In this document: positions 1-10,256 of the stretch, in pieces
Layout: every line of letters begins with the position of its first letter
Position numbering within the stretch: position 1 is the stretch's first letter
NCBI RefSeq assembly: GCF_006345805.1
Contig: NW_021836521.1
Coordinates: forward strand, 1-24,112
Direction of reading: 5' to 3'
DNA: 24,112 nt
Origin: Octopus sinensis
Lineage: Eukaryota
The notes under the pieces: generated by a model
Told to the model about the DNA's origin: nothing
Databases searched by the model: none
Seen by the model: the letters and a program-made list of their open reading frames with translations, nothing else
Program-made: the position numbers and the translations under genes

Positions 1-18
1 TATATATCTATATATATA

Positions 19-367
19 CAGGAGTAAACACATAAATGTGAAACAAGGTGGAAAAAAAAGAGTACTCAAATACAGAGGTAGAGTAATATGCTTTATTTAA
101 AAGCAGCAGAAATTTAACAAAAGCTGTTACTCGGAGTTTCATGTTCCCGTTCGTCGGACAGTTTTCCCTTCAATGTATAGGGTATCAATGTACAAGGTTT
201 CATTTATGCGCTTTGTTTTAATTTCAGTTAGTGATCGGTGACCATGCTGGAGCACTGTCGTTTATTAGATCAATCTCAGTATTTTTTTTTAACAAAACTG
301 TCCGACGAACGGGTACGTGAAACTCCGAGTAACAGCTTTTGTTAAATTTCTGCTGCTTTTAAATAAA

Positions 368-368
<1 letters not shown>
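19..368. mobile_element. Penelope-like (PLE) non-autonomous fold-back element 1: inverted pLTR-like arms 91-165 / 294-368 with hammerhead motif, one-sided tail 19-90, flanked by (TA)n
   Basis: The 75-bp arms are near-perfect reverse complements (ctttatttaaaagcagcag...cggacagtttt vs aaaactgtccg...ctgctgcttttaaataaag). Each arm has a hammerhead-like core followed by AATAAA. TA repeats lie on both sides. Confidence 0.7.
291..343 (+). ncRNA. Minimal type I hammerhead ribozyme motif (U4C core variant)
   Basis: Stem I aacaaaactgt/acag(c)ttttgtt; core CCGACGA 302-308; stem II acg-ggta-cgt; GAA; palindromic stem III actc-c-gagt; predicted cleavage after GUA (331). The antisense copy at about 116-165 has a stem II mismatch. 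Confidence 0.65.
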
Positions 369-408
<40 letters not shown>

Positions 409-410
<2 letters not shown>

Positions 411-858
411 GGTCCCGGGTTGATTCGGGGTTAACCACAGTAAATAAGGTACTCAATACATAGCAGAGTAAAATTAATTTATTATATAGAAGGAGCTTCT
501 ACAGGACTAGAACTGTTCATCAAGAGAAATCTTCAGGAAGCTAGTTAACAAGAATTGTATTGGCATTTATACATTTAGGCAGGTTTAAAGGGGTGTTGGT
601 GGGGGACTTTTTGGGGGTAGGATAGCGCAAAATATCATACTTGGGGAGTGGTCAAGCTTCTATCTAATTAACACTGACTCCTTGACCACTCCCCCAAGTA
701 TGATATTTTGCGCTATGCCTACCCCCAAAAAGTCCCCCACCAACACCCCTTTAAACCTGCCTAAATGTATAAATGCCAATACAATTCTTGTTAACTAGCT
801 TCCTGAAGATTTCTCTTGAATGAAACAGTTCTAGTCCTGTAGAAGCTCCTTCTATATA
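409..858. mobile_element. Penelope-like fold-back element 2: inverted arms 483-656 / 681-858, 24-bp spacer, one-sided tail 409-482, flanked by (TA)n
   Basis: The ~175-bp arms are reverse-complementary apart from a few homopolymer indels. They contain a canonical hammerhead. The minus-strand tail (aataaa...ttactct...tgtattgagtac) resembles the tail of element 1. Confidence 0.75.
797..847 (+). ncRNA. Type I hammerhead ribozyme motif with canonical core
   Basis: Stem I agcttc/gaagct; CUGAAGA 803-809; stem II (t)ttc-tctt-gaa(t); GAA; stem III acag-ttctagtc-ctgt; predicted cleavage after GUA (841). The antisense copy 494-542 reads GAAC instead of GAAAC. Confidence 0.8.
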
Positions 859-893
859 TAATATATATATATATAATATATATATATATATAA

Positions 894-1234
894 TCACAAA
901 TAAGGGCAAACGAAAACATTTCCAATGCCAAATATCCCGAAAAATTGGACATATTGTCCATTAACCATATTAATTTCTTTCACAATACGCACGCTACCCG
1001 AAAAAAGGTGGACCTTTTTTCGGGTTTAGCGTGCGTATTGTGAAAGAAATGATATGGTTAATGGACAATATGTCCAATTTTTCGGGATATTTGGCATTGG
1101 AAATTTTTTCGTTTGCCCTTATTTGTGAATTGTTTATAATTTTGACCTTTAGAGGTGTTTTTTAGTATGTTGGCCATTGATAAAATTTTTTTTTGGAAAA
1201 GAATTTTTTTCGAAAAAAAATTTATCTTACATTT
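894..1234. repeat. Long palindrome (894-1128, centre 1010-1011) with one-sided extension to 1234, flanked by (TA)n
   Basis: tcacaaataagggcaaacg...aaaaaaggt-gg-accttttttcggg...cgtttgcccttatttgtga; arms about 116 bp with few mismatches. No hammerhead core found. Confidence 0.85.
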
Positions 1235-1246
1235 ATATATATATAT

Positions 1247-1477
1247 TCTTTTACTTGTTTCAGTCATTTGACTGCGCCAATGCTGGAGCACCATCTTTAG
1301 TCGAACGAATCGACCCCCAAATCGGGCTTCTTTCAATTTCCGTCTACTAAATCAACTCACACAGCTTTGGTCGGCCCGAGGCTATAGCAGAAGCCACTTG
1401 CCCATGATGTCACGCAGTAGGACTGAATCATGTGGTTGGGAAGCAAGCTTCTTACCACACAGCCACCCCTGCGCCTA
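1247..1477 (-). mobile_element. SINE family A copy, internally deleted
   Basis: Reverse complement of both the head (taggcgcagg..ggctgtgtggtaag) and the tail (ctccagcat..cagtcaaatgactgaaacaagtaaaaga) of the full copy at 10257-10658. Confidence 0.85.
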
Positions 1478-1640
1478 TATATATAATATATATATATATA
1501 ATATATATATATATATAATATATATATACATATATACATATACATCCGTACATACAAAAATGCACATATATATGTATGAGTGTGTGAATGTATATATACA
1601 TATATTCACACTCTCATGTATGTATGTATAAATATGTGTT

Positions 1641-1706
<66 letters not shown>

Positions 1707-1847
1707 TGTTTGTATGTATATATGTGTGCATGTATTGAGAATACTTTGTGTCAATCAGTACATCACCGTTTATCTTGGTCTTCTTGTCCTTCTGCGTTAT
1801 CCCTTTTACATAGAGGCGTGGTCTGTTTATCAGAGAAGGAATGTGTG

Positions 1848-1879
<32 letters not shown>

Positions 1880-2164
1880 GGAGAGAAAGATAGATAAGAG
1901 AAGGAGAGCGAGAGAAAGAAAGAGAGAGAGAATATGTTTATGCGTATGAAAACGGTGTATGCATGCAAGCGTGTGTTTTGTGTTGTGAATATAAAAATGT
2001 GTTTAGAGATAAAGGTAACGCTGGTGTGAGTGCAGTGTACTCCAAAGAATGTGTCACCTCAATAGTCACCCGACGAGAGCCCCATATATGGGCAAGGGTC
2101 TCGGCTTCAGTCTTCCTTGCCTGCCATTCATTGTATGTTGACTCAGATAGGTTTTGGGTACAGT

Positions 2165-2283
2165 ACTTGATTGGCATTTTAATATATCAACGTCAGGGGA
2201 ATAAAATGCAAATTGGGCCACGTTGGGATTCGAACTCAGAGCGTAAAGTGCGAGAGCAAATGCTTCAGTGGTTTTTGTCTCGA
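2165..2283 (-). mobile_element. SINE family B fragment (degenerate)
   Basis: gattcgaactcagagcgtaaag is the reverse complement of the family B B-box region (ctttacgttctgagttcaaat). Confidence 0.55.
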
Positions 2284-2639
2284 CGACCTGACCTGATTTT
2301 AGAAGTCTATGTCATTGTCCTACTTGAGTTATTTCCCTTCAATGTATAGGGTTTCAATGTACAAGGTTTCCTTTATGCTCTTTGTTTTAATTTTAGTTTC
2401 AGTAAGTGATCGGTGACCATTCTGGAGCACTGTCGTTATTTATCTTCATATCATCCATGATCCAATAGATTTAAGGTCAATTGGTTTAAAACCCTAATCA
2501 TCATTTCCTTCCCTTATTCATTGCGCAACCAATGGTGCGTACTTTCTGTTTTGGAGATGGAGCGTGCAATTTAAAACAGATTTGGCTGGTAACTCTAGCA
2601 ATCCCAACAACCATGCAAAGGCTCTCACATGGTCAAATC

Positions 2640-2778
2640 CAATTTTTTGACGAAGAGCTCCGTTCGAAACGTTAAATCCTCCTTTCTTTCTTTTCCTGAG
2701 CGTCCAAAAAACTATACTTGTTCCACGTCCTCACGTTGTTGTGTTTTTTCTTTGTTCTTGTTCATGTTTGGATTAACT
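2640..2778 (+). mobile_element. Solo Penelope-like pLTR remnant with degenerate minimal hammerhead (2644-2676)
   Basis: ttt-TTGACGA-a-gagc-tcc-gttc-GAA-AC-GT-T-aaa: C3U core change and a loopless palindromic stem III (ACGT). It is followed by a pyrimidine-rich tail running into (TATG)n. Confidence 0.5.
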
Positions 2779-2874
2779 ATGTATGTATGTATGTATGTAT
2801 ATTTACTATATATATATATGTATGTTTGTAGGTATGTATGTACGTATGTATGTATATTTACTATATATATACAT

Positions 2875-3087
2875 ATGTTTGTATCTGTGTTTGTCCCTTC
2901 ACCATTGCTTCACAACCGATGTTGGTGTGCTTAATCCCCGTAACTTAGCGCTCTGGTAAAAGTGACTGATAATATAAGTAAGTACTAGGCTTACAAAGAA
3001 TAAGTCCCGGAGTCGATTTGTTCGACGAAAGGTGATGCTCCAGCATGGCCGCACGCAGTCTAATGTACTCAAGTAAAAGATAAAAGA
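2875..3087 (+). mobile_element. SINE family A, 3' half
   Basis: Matches 10455-10658 (tgtttgtccc..aaccgatg..cgtaacttagc..agtactaggcttacaaagaataag..ctccagcatggcc). Confidence 0.85.
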
Positions 3088-3285
3088 TTGGCAGATCCAA
3101 AATACTATCAGCAGTGATTATAGCAAACGCATAGACATAAAAAAAGAGAGAAGCGAAAGGACATGATGCTCAGACTAACACTGATGATAAAACGAAGTCA
3201 TTGTATTAAAAATATAATAGTAATTTCGCCATAAATATATCTTATATTATATTACAAATGTCAGTAAGTGTATTTCTAGTATTAT

Positions 3286-3665
3286 TTTTACCTCCACCTT
3301 CGCTAAGGGGGAGATATTGTTTTCAGTTGTGCTTGTTTGTTTTTTTGGTTTGAACGTGAACAAGATATCTCAAAAAACACTAGATGGATTCGGATGAAAC
3401 TTCCAAGGATGTCTGGCCTCGTGACTGGCACGAACTGATTAGATTTTGGGATTGATCCGGTACCGGACAAGGATTCTGGATTATTTTTACTGCTTTCTTA
3501 CATAATATTTGAGAGCGATCGGGTTCATTTTTAGTATTCTCGTTTGTGAGAGCAGTCGAGTTTATTTCAGATATTCTCGTTTTAAAAAATCATCTCTGGT
3601 TAATCGTTGAGAGGATGTTGGTGATGCCTTGGCAGAGGTTTGCACTCTCTGGGGGTGCTGTTGTT
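3286..3665 (+). mobile_element. Helentron-associated non-autonomous element (HINE/DINE-1-like), copy 1
   Basis: 5' subTIR ttacctccacc with an adjacent short inverted repeat, a gttt-rich tract, 3' subTIR ggcagaggt, terminal hairpin gcactc..gggtgc, T-rich flanks. Confidence 0.65.
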
Positions 3666-3775
3666 TTATTCTTTATTTCATTGTTTAGTCTGTTTAGAAT
3701 TGTCTTCTTTATAATCTGATCATTAAGAGAGAATAGTAATTTATAGAGGGAAAGTAATTTCTTTCCCTTTGACTA

Positions 3776-4152
3776 TTCTTGCCTCCGCCTTACCGAAGGC
3801 AGAGGTATTGTTTACAGTCGTATTTGTTTGTTTGATTTGACCGAAGACAAGATATCTCAAGAAACACTGGATGGATTCGGATGAAACTTTCAGGGATGTT
3901 TGGCCTCGTGACTGACACATACCAATTAGATTATGGGATCGATCCGGTACCGAACAAAGATTCTGGATTATTTTTACTGCTTTCTTATTTAATTTTTGAG
4001 AGCGATCGGGTTCATTTTTAGTATTCTCGTTTGTGAAAGCAGTCGAGTTTATTTCAGACATTTTCATTTTAAAAATCATCCCTGGCTAATCGTTGACAGG
4101 ACGTCAGTGTTGCCTTGGCGAAGGTTTGCACTCTCTGGGGGTGCTCTTGTTT
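3776..4152 (+). mobile_element. Helentron-associated non-autonomous element (HINE/DINE-1-like), copy 2
   Basis: Direct repeat of 3286-3665 over its whole length; gcctccgcctt-accg-aaggcagagg at the 5' end, ggcgaaggt plus gcactc..gggtgc hairpin at the 3' end. Confidence 0.65.
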
Positions 4153-4199
4153 TTATGTGTTTGTGCGTGCGTTTGTGTGCACATCCTGTATATAGGAGT

Positions 4200-4412
4200 A
4201 ATTTTTTTTACTTGTCTCAGTCGCTGAAGTGCGGCCATTTTGGGACACCATCTTGAAAGGTTCTTGTCGAACAACCCGATCGCCTGTACTTATTTTTTTA
4301 AAATCCTAACCGCTGAGTTATGGTAACGTAAATAAAATAACATCGGTTGTCAAGCGGTGTTGGAGGACAAATGCACACACGCACACATACGCATATGAAT
4401 ATATATATATAT

Positions 4413-4452
<40 letters not shown>

Positions 4453-4890
4453 ATGTGTGTGTGTAAAAATATATATATAGATATATATATATAAATATAT
4501 ATACATAAGTACCAGGTTTTAGAAAATATTAAAAAAATTACTGAGGTCGAATCATTCGACAAAAGTTCATCACTATATCTATACTTCTCTCTCAATCTCA
4601 CATCTCGCTCTCTCTCTTTCTGTGTGTATATATATATATATATATATAATATATATATATATTTATTTATATAGACATACATACATGCATATACATATAT
4701 ACATACATATGCACACACACACACACACACAGACATATATATATGGGCTTTTTAAAAAAAAATTCCGTCTGTCAAATATACACAAGTCTTTGTCAGAGTA
4801 GAAAATACTTGCCCAAGGTGCCAGGCAATGGGACTGAATTAGAAATACGTGTTTAGGAAGCAAGCTTTAAACCGCACACCCACGCCTGTA
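4200..4890 (-). mobile_element. Degenerate SINE family A pieces (tail about 4200-4400, head about 4740-4890) separated by microsatellites
   Basis: tacttgtctcagtc..gcggccat and acttgcccaaggtgcca..gggactgaa..cacgcctg match the reverse complement of family A. Confidence 0.6.
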
Positions 4891-5189
4891 CATATTATGC
4901 AAATCTTATGTACATTTTTATGTACATGTGTGTGTGTAAGTGCGCGCGCGCGTGCGCGTGCGTGTTGACAATATTGGCTCTGTGGCTTCAGGTTTTGCAA
5001 GACGAGATGAATAAGCTGTTACATGCCTAACTTGAATTACCACTCAGTAATTTCTTTGCTCTACTAAATGTATAGAGTTACACCATCAGTAAATGTTGTG
5101 TCTTTTTCTACAAGTTAATTAACAATACCAAATACAGACCCCCCACACACATATATACACACATACCCACCCACATTGTATGCTTATTC

Positions 5190-5346
5190 TATTCTTTTAT
5201 TTTTTTTAGTCATTTGACTGCAGCCATGCTGGGGCACCACAGGGATGAAATTTAATCGAATGATTCGACCTCAGTAATTTTTTTAATACTTTCTAAAACC
5301 TGGTACTTATGCTGTCAATAGTGGGGGACAAACACAGTCATCCCCC

Positions 5347-5386
<40 letters not shown>

Positions 5387-5515
5387 CGAGGGACTTCTTT
5401 CTGTTTCCGTCTATCAGATCTACTCACAAGGCATTGGTCGGCCCGTGGCTATAATAGAAGACACTTGCTCAAGTTCTCACGCAGTGGGACTGAACCCAGT
5501 GGTTGGGAAGCAAGT
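5190..5515 (-). mobile_element. SINE family A copy (degenerate)
   Basis: agtcatttgactgcagccatgctggggcacc ... ttggtcggcccgtggctataatagaagacacttgc..gggactgaaccc. Confidence 0.8.
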
Positions 5516-5529
5516 TAATTTTATATGTT

Positions 5530-5557
5530 TTATTTATTATTATTATTATTATTTATA

Positions 5558-5588
<31 letters not shown>

Positions 5589-5662
5589 TATTATTATTAT
5601 TATTATTATATTATTATTATTATTATATATATTATTATTATTATTATCATTATTATTATTAT

Positions 5663-5718
<56 letters not shown>

Positions 5719-5735
5719 TTATTATTATTATTATT
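5530..5735. repeat. (TTA)n/(CTA)n microsatellite; reads as the (TAA)n tail or target of the adjacent LINE
   Basis: Direct reading. Confidence 0.9.
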
Positions 5736-6010
5736 TATTGTTTTTGCACAGTTTCTAACGCTGGAGATGTACTACGGTGTCAGTTTTTCACTACCTGTGA
5801 ACTAAGGTAACACTCCTCAATTTTCGAGCACCACCCGGAGTTTTCGAGCGGTTCCAAGCAGTGCTGTATTCTGCAATTACTATACCCTTATTGCAGCCCC
5901 TATTTGTTTCATGTACTTCTCAAATATTTTTACTCACTGTTCCCAGGGCTCCGACAATTATTGGTACTACTACCACCTTTTTCATCGACCACAACTGCTT
6001 AACTTCCGAG
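5736..6010 (-). pseudogene. 3' remnant of an R4/Dong-like restriction-like-endonuclease (RLE) non-LTR retrotransposon
   Basis: Manual minus-strand translation 6006->5817 with one frameshift and two stops: EVKQLWSMKKVVVVPIIVGALGTVSKN/FEKYMKQIGAAIRV**LQNTALLGTARKLRVVLEN*. The VPIIVGALG and LQKxALLGTARxLR motifs are typical of this clade's C-terminus. A short 3'UTR and (TAA)n follow. Confidence 0.85.
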
Positions 6011-6522
6011 AACTGCTTAACCCCCTATCGGCTATTGTTGTTGTTGTTGTTGTTATTATTATTCTTTATCAACCTTTATTTCCACACTTGTCTTCGCGGC
6101 ACGTAGACTAACTCATTGTGCCACCCCGTCTCTCCTATCTACTAAATAGCACCATTGCCTGGATCCTTTAGCTTCCTACAACTGGGATGTGCGTTTTTTT
6201 TTCCTTCTTTCGCCATCTTCTGGAGTAATGGTTCTCAACGGGGTCCATATGGCTGCCGCACGGGGGGTGGGAACCATTTGAAGCTCGAAGAGTGCTTTTG
6301 GAGCAAAGGCGCTCTCTAGTATCAAAGAGCACTCTTTCGATAGACAACACGTGGATCTCATAAGTGTCGCGTGGTGGAAATAAACGTAATTACCAAACTT
6401 TCAATTCATTATTTCATTTTTTTGCATTTCAATTTGTACACCTGTACTCCCGACTGCGTACAAGCGCATATGTAAACTACGTCCTTTATTTTTTAATCAT
6501 TAACTTCTGATATCAAAATAAG

Positions 6523-6708
6523 TAGGAGCAGGAATGGCTGTGTGGTAATTAGCTTGCTTACCAACCATATGGTTCCGGGTTCACAAGGCTTTGGTCGGCC
6601 CGAGGCTATAGTAAAAGTTACTTGCCCAAGGTGCCATGTAGTGAGACTGAACCCGGAACCACGTGGTCGGTAATCAAACTACGTACCACACAGCCACTCC
6701 TGCGCCTA
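6523..6708. mobile_element. Two SINE family A heads fused in inverted orientation
   Basis: Forward head 6523-6583 (taggagcagg..ccgggttca) is joined at tca to a reverse head ending cctgcgccta (6708). Confidence 0.8.
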
Positions 6709-6844
6709 AATTTTATTTTAAAATTAATTCACCTGAAGCAAACAGTTTTTTTTTTTGTTTTATTTTTACATGATATCATTGATTTGTTCATCAATAAAAA
6801 AAAAACCGCCTGAAACAGCTGTAGTGAACCTCAGCTCATTTATG

Positions 6845-7080
6845 TTGTTATTATCTAAGACGTCGCACAATATCCAATATCGTGATGTTGTTCATTGAAG
6901 ATATTGTATCTACCGGGGTTTTGAACTGTCTGTCAAATCACAACAAAGACACCAGACTGACACTGCTTTATGCAATAAGCTTTATGCAATAAGCGTGCAG
7001 TTCCAAGTAATACCGATTTTTGCAATACACCTAGATTGTAGGGTATTCCTAAAGTTTCTAGATGTTTCTCTAGTTTCGGT
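6845..7080 (-). pseudogene. Second R4/Dong-like RLE LINE 3' remnant (different subfamily)
   Basis: The minus strand translates as LEKHLETLGIPYNLGVLQKSVLLGTARLLHKA, followed by a 3'UTR ending ataataacaac. There is a small internal tandem duplication (gctttatgcaataa x2). Confidence 0.75.
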
Positions 7081-7112
7081 TATCATCATCATCATCATCA
7101 TCATCATCATTC

Positions 7113-7320
7113 GAGCTGTCAGAATCTTTAGAGTGCTGGACGAAATGCTTAGCGGTATTTCGCCTGTGGCTACGTTCTGAGTTCGAATTCCGCTGAGGTC
7201 GACTTTGCCTTCCATCCTTTCGAAGTTGATAGATAAAGTACCAGTGAAACACTGCGGTCAATATAATCGACTAGTCCCCCACCCCAAAAGTTGCAGGCCT
7301 TGCGCCTATAGTAGAAAGGA

Positions 7321-7322
<2 letters not shown>
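7113..7322 (+). mobile_element. SINE family B (tRNA-like head), followed by (TTA)n
   Basis: gagctgtcagaatc..cgaaatgcttagcggtatttcg..gttctgagttcgaattccgctgaggtcgactttgccttccatcctttcg..agtaccag; matches 11481-11697. Confidence 0.85.
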
Positions 7323-7383
<61 letters not shown>

Positions 7384-7502
7384 GTTCGCCTTTACGTTCT
7401 GAGTTCAAAGTCCGTGCTCGCGCACACACACAAACACACACACACACACACGCACACACACACACACACGCGCGCACACACACACTCACACACACACATG
7501 CA

Positions 7503-7551
<49 letters not shown>

Positions 7552-7719
7552 ACACGAGATATCATGATGTACAAATAATTTAAAATATGGCCTTCACCAC
7601 CGGGATAAAGCCACAAAAACCATTTATTTTATCACTTATGTTTGTTTGAAATATATTTATTATGTATGGTTTGAAACAATGTAACATGATTCCATATCTA
7701 TATGTATAAATAAATAAAG

Positions 7720-7798
<79 letters not shown>

Positions 7799-7889
7799 GT
7801 AGATAGATAGATAGATAGAAGATAGATAGATAGATAGATAGATAGGTAGGTAGGTAGTAGGTAGGTAGGTAGGTAGGTAGATAGATAGG

Positions 7890-7921
<32 letters not shown>

Positions 7922-7948
7922 AGATAGATAGATTAGATAGATAGATAG

Positions 7949-7982
<34 letters not shown>

Positions 7983-8071
7983 GTAGGTAGGTAGGTAGGT
8001 AGGTAGGTCTTAGTAGGTAGATAGATAGGTAGATAGATAGATAATATAGATAGATAGATAGATAGATTAGA

Positions 8072-8112
<41 letters not shown>
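7720..8112. repeat. (GATA)n/(GGTA)n microsatellite
   Basis: Direct reading. Confidence 0.95.
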
Positions 8113-8413
8113 AGGATGAATAAATAAATAGGGAAAAACGGCAGGAAGGAGCATAGCATCTGCCACTACTCTTGGGGAAAACACTAATTTCTTTGAAGAA
8201 AAACCGAGACCTTTTTTTTTTCTCTCTCGCTCTCTTTTTTTACTTTTCGGAATAAATGAAAACAAGACGATCGGGTCTTGGCAACAAGCCATCAAAATGT
8301 AACATCAATGGCGGCAGGAAAAAAAAAGTGTTAAATATATCAAACAAACATTGAAGTAGAGAAATAATGAAACGGTTAGTAAACAGTACAAGATGAAGAG
8401 GAATACAGGTAGA

Positions 8414-8633
8414 TCGTCGTCTTCTTCTTCTTTTTCTTCTTCTTCTTCTTCGTCTTCTTCTTCTTCTTCTTCTTCTTCTTCTTCTTCTTCTTCTTCTTCT
8501 TCTTCTTCTTCTCTCCTCCTCCTCCCCCCTTTTTCTTCTTCTTCTTCTCCTCCCCCTCCCTCCTCCTTCCCCATCTCTTCTTCTTCTTCTTCTTCTTCTC
8601 CTCCTCCTCCTCTCCTCCTTCTTCTTCTTCTTC
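8414..8633. repeat. (TTC)n/(TCC)n polypyrimidine microsatellite
   Basis: Direct reading. Confidence 0.9.
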
Positions 8634-8828
8634 CGTTGTGGTGCTCGTCGTCGCCGTTGGAAAACATTATATATGACTAAATACTCGTATACCTAGTGCA
8701 CACGTGTGTTTGCAAACACATGGCCACGCAGACGCACTCACACCGCGCACACATGCAGACAAACTCAAACACATATACACACACACACACACACATACGC
8801 AAAGTACAAATTCACACGTAAACACAGT

Positions 8829-9772
<944 letters not shown>

Positions 9773-10055
9773 AGTAATGTATAACTAAGGGAAATTTTTC
9801 CAAACTATAAAACCCAATACATAACTCTAAAACTTATTTACTTGACACAACTTCACAAATAATTTTGAAGATAATTCTCCGAGTTGTGCCAAATACGATA
9901 ACGCGATCATGTGAGTCTAGAAACGATAAGAAAATGAGCAACACGACAACTCTCCATACCTTCACTATTAAATCCTACAGTCTATGATCTCTATTGATGG
10001 TTAATACAAACATTGGGAAATAAATTGTCCTGTTTATTAGCGAAGCATCGCACAA

Positions 10056-10165
10056 GGCGGTGAGCTGGCGGAGTTGTTATCGTGTCGGGCAAATATTGTT
10101 AGCAGTCATTTTTTTTTTCTGGTCTTTTACGTTCGGAGCTAAAAGCCCGCCGAAGTCAACATTTT
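10056..10165 (+). mobile_element. SINE family B 5' fragment
   Basis: ggcggtgagctggcggagttgttatcgtgtcgggcaaat..ttacgttcggagctaaa..cgccgaagtcaac. Confidence 0.65.
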
Positions 10166-10256
10166 TTTTTTATTGATAAGAAGGTAATATTTCGTACGCA
10201 GTACAGCTGTGAAAGCAGCAGAGAGATTGGGTATTATTACCCTTATAGAGTAATAA

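Noticed and set aside
6226-6262. hAT/Charlie-like TIR (taatggttctcaac)
   Set aside because: Only one degenerate end is seen, with no partner TIR or 8-bp TSD.
6808-6830. GAAACAGCTGTA half-hammerhead
   Set aside because: The 5' half (CUGANGA, stem II) is absent, so it cannot be called.
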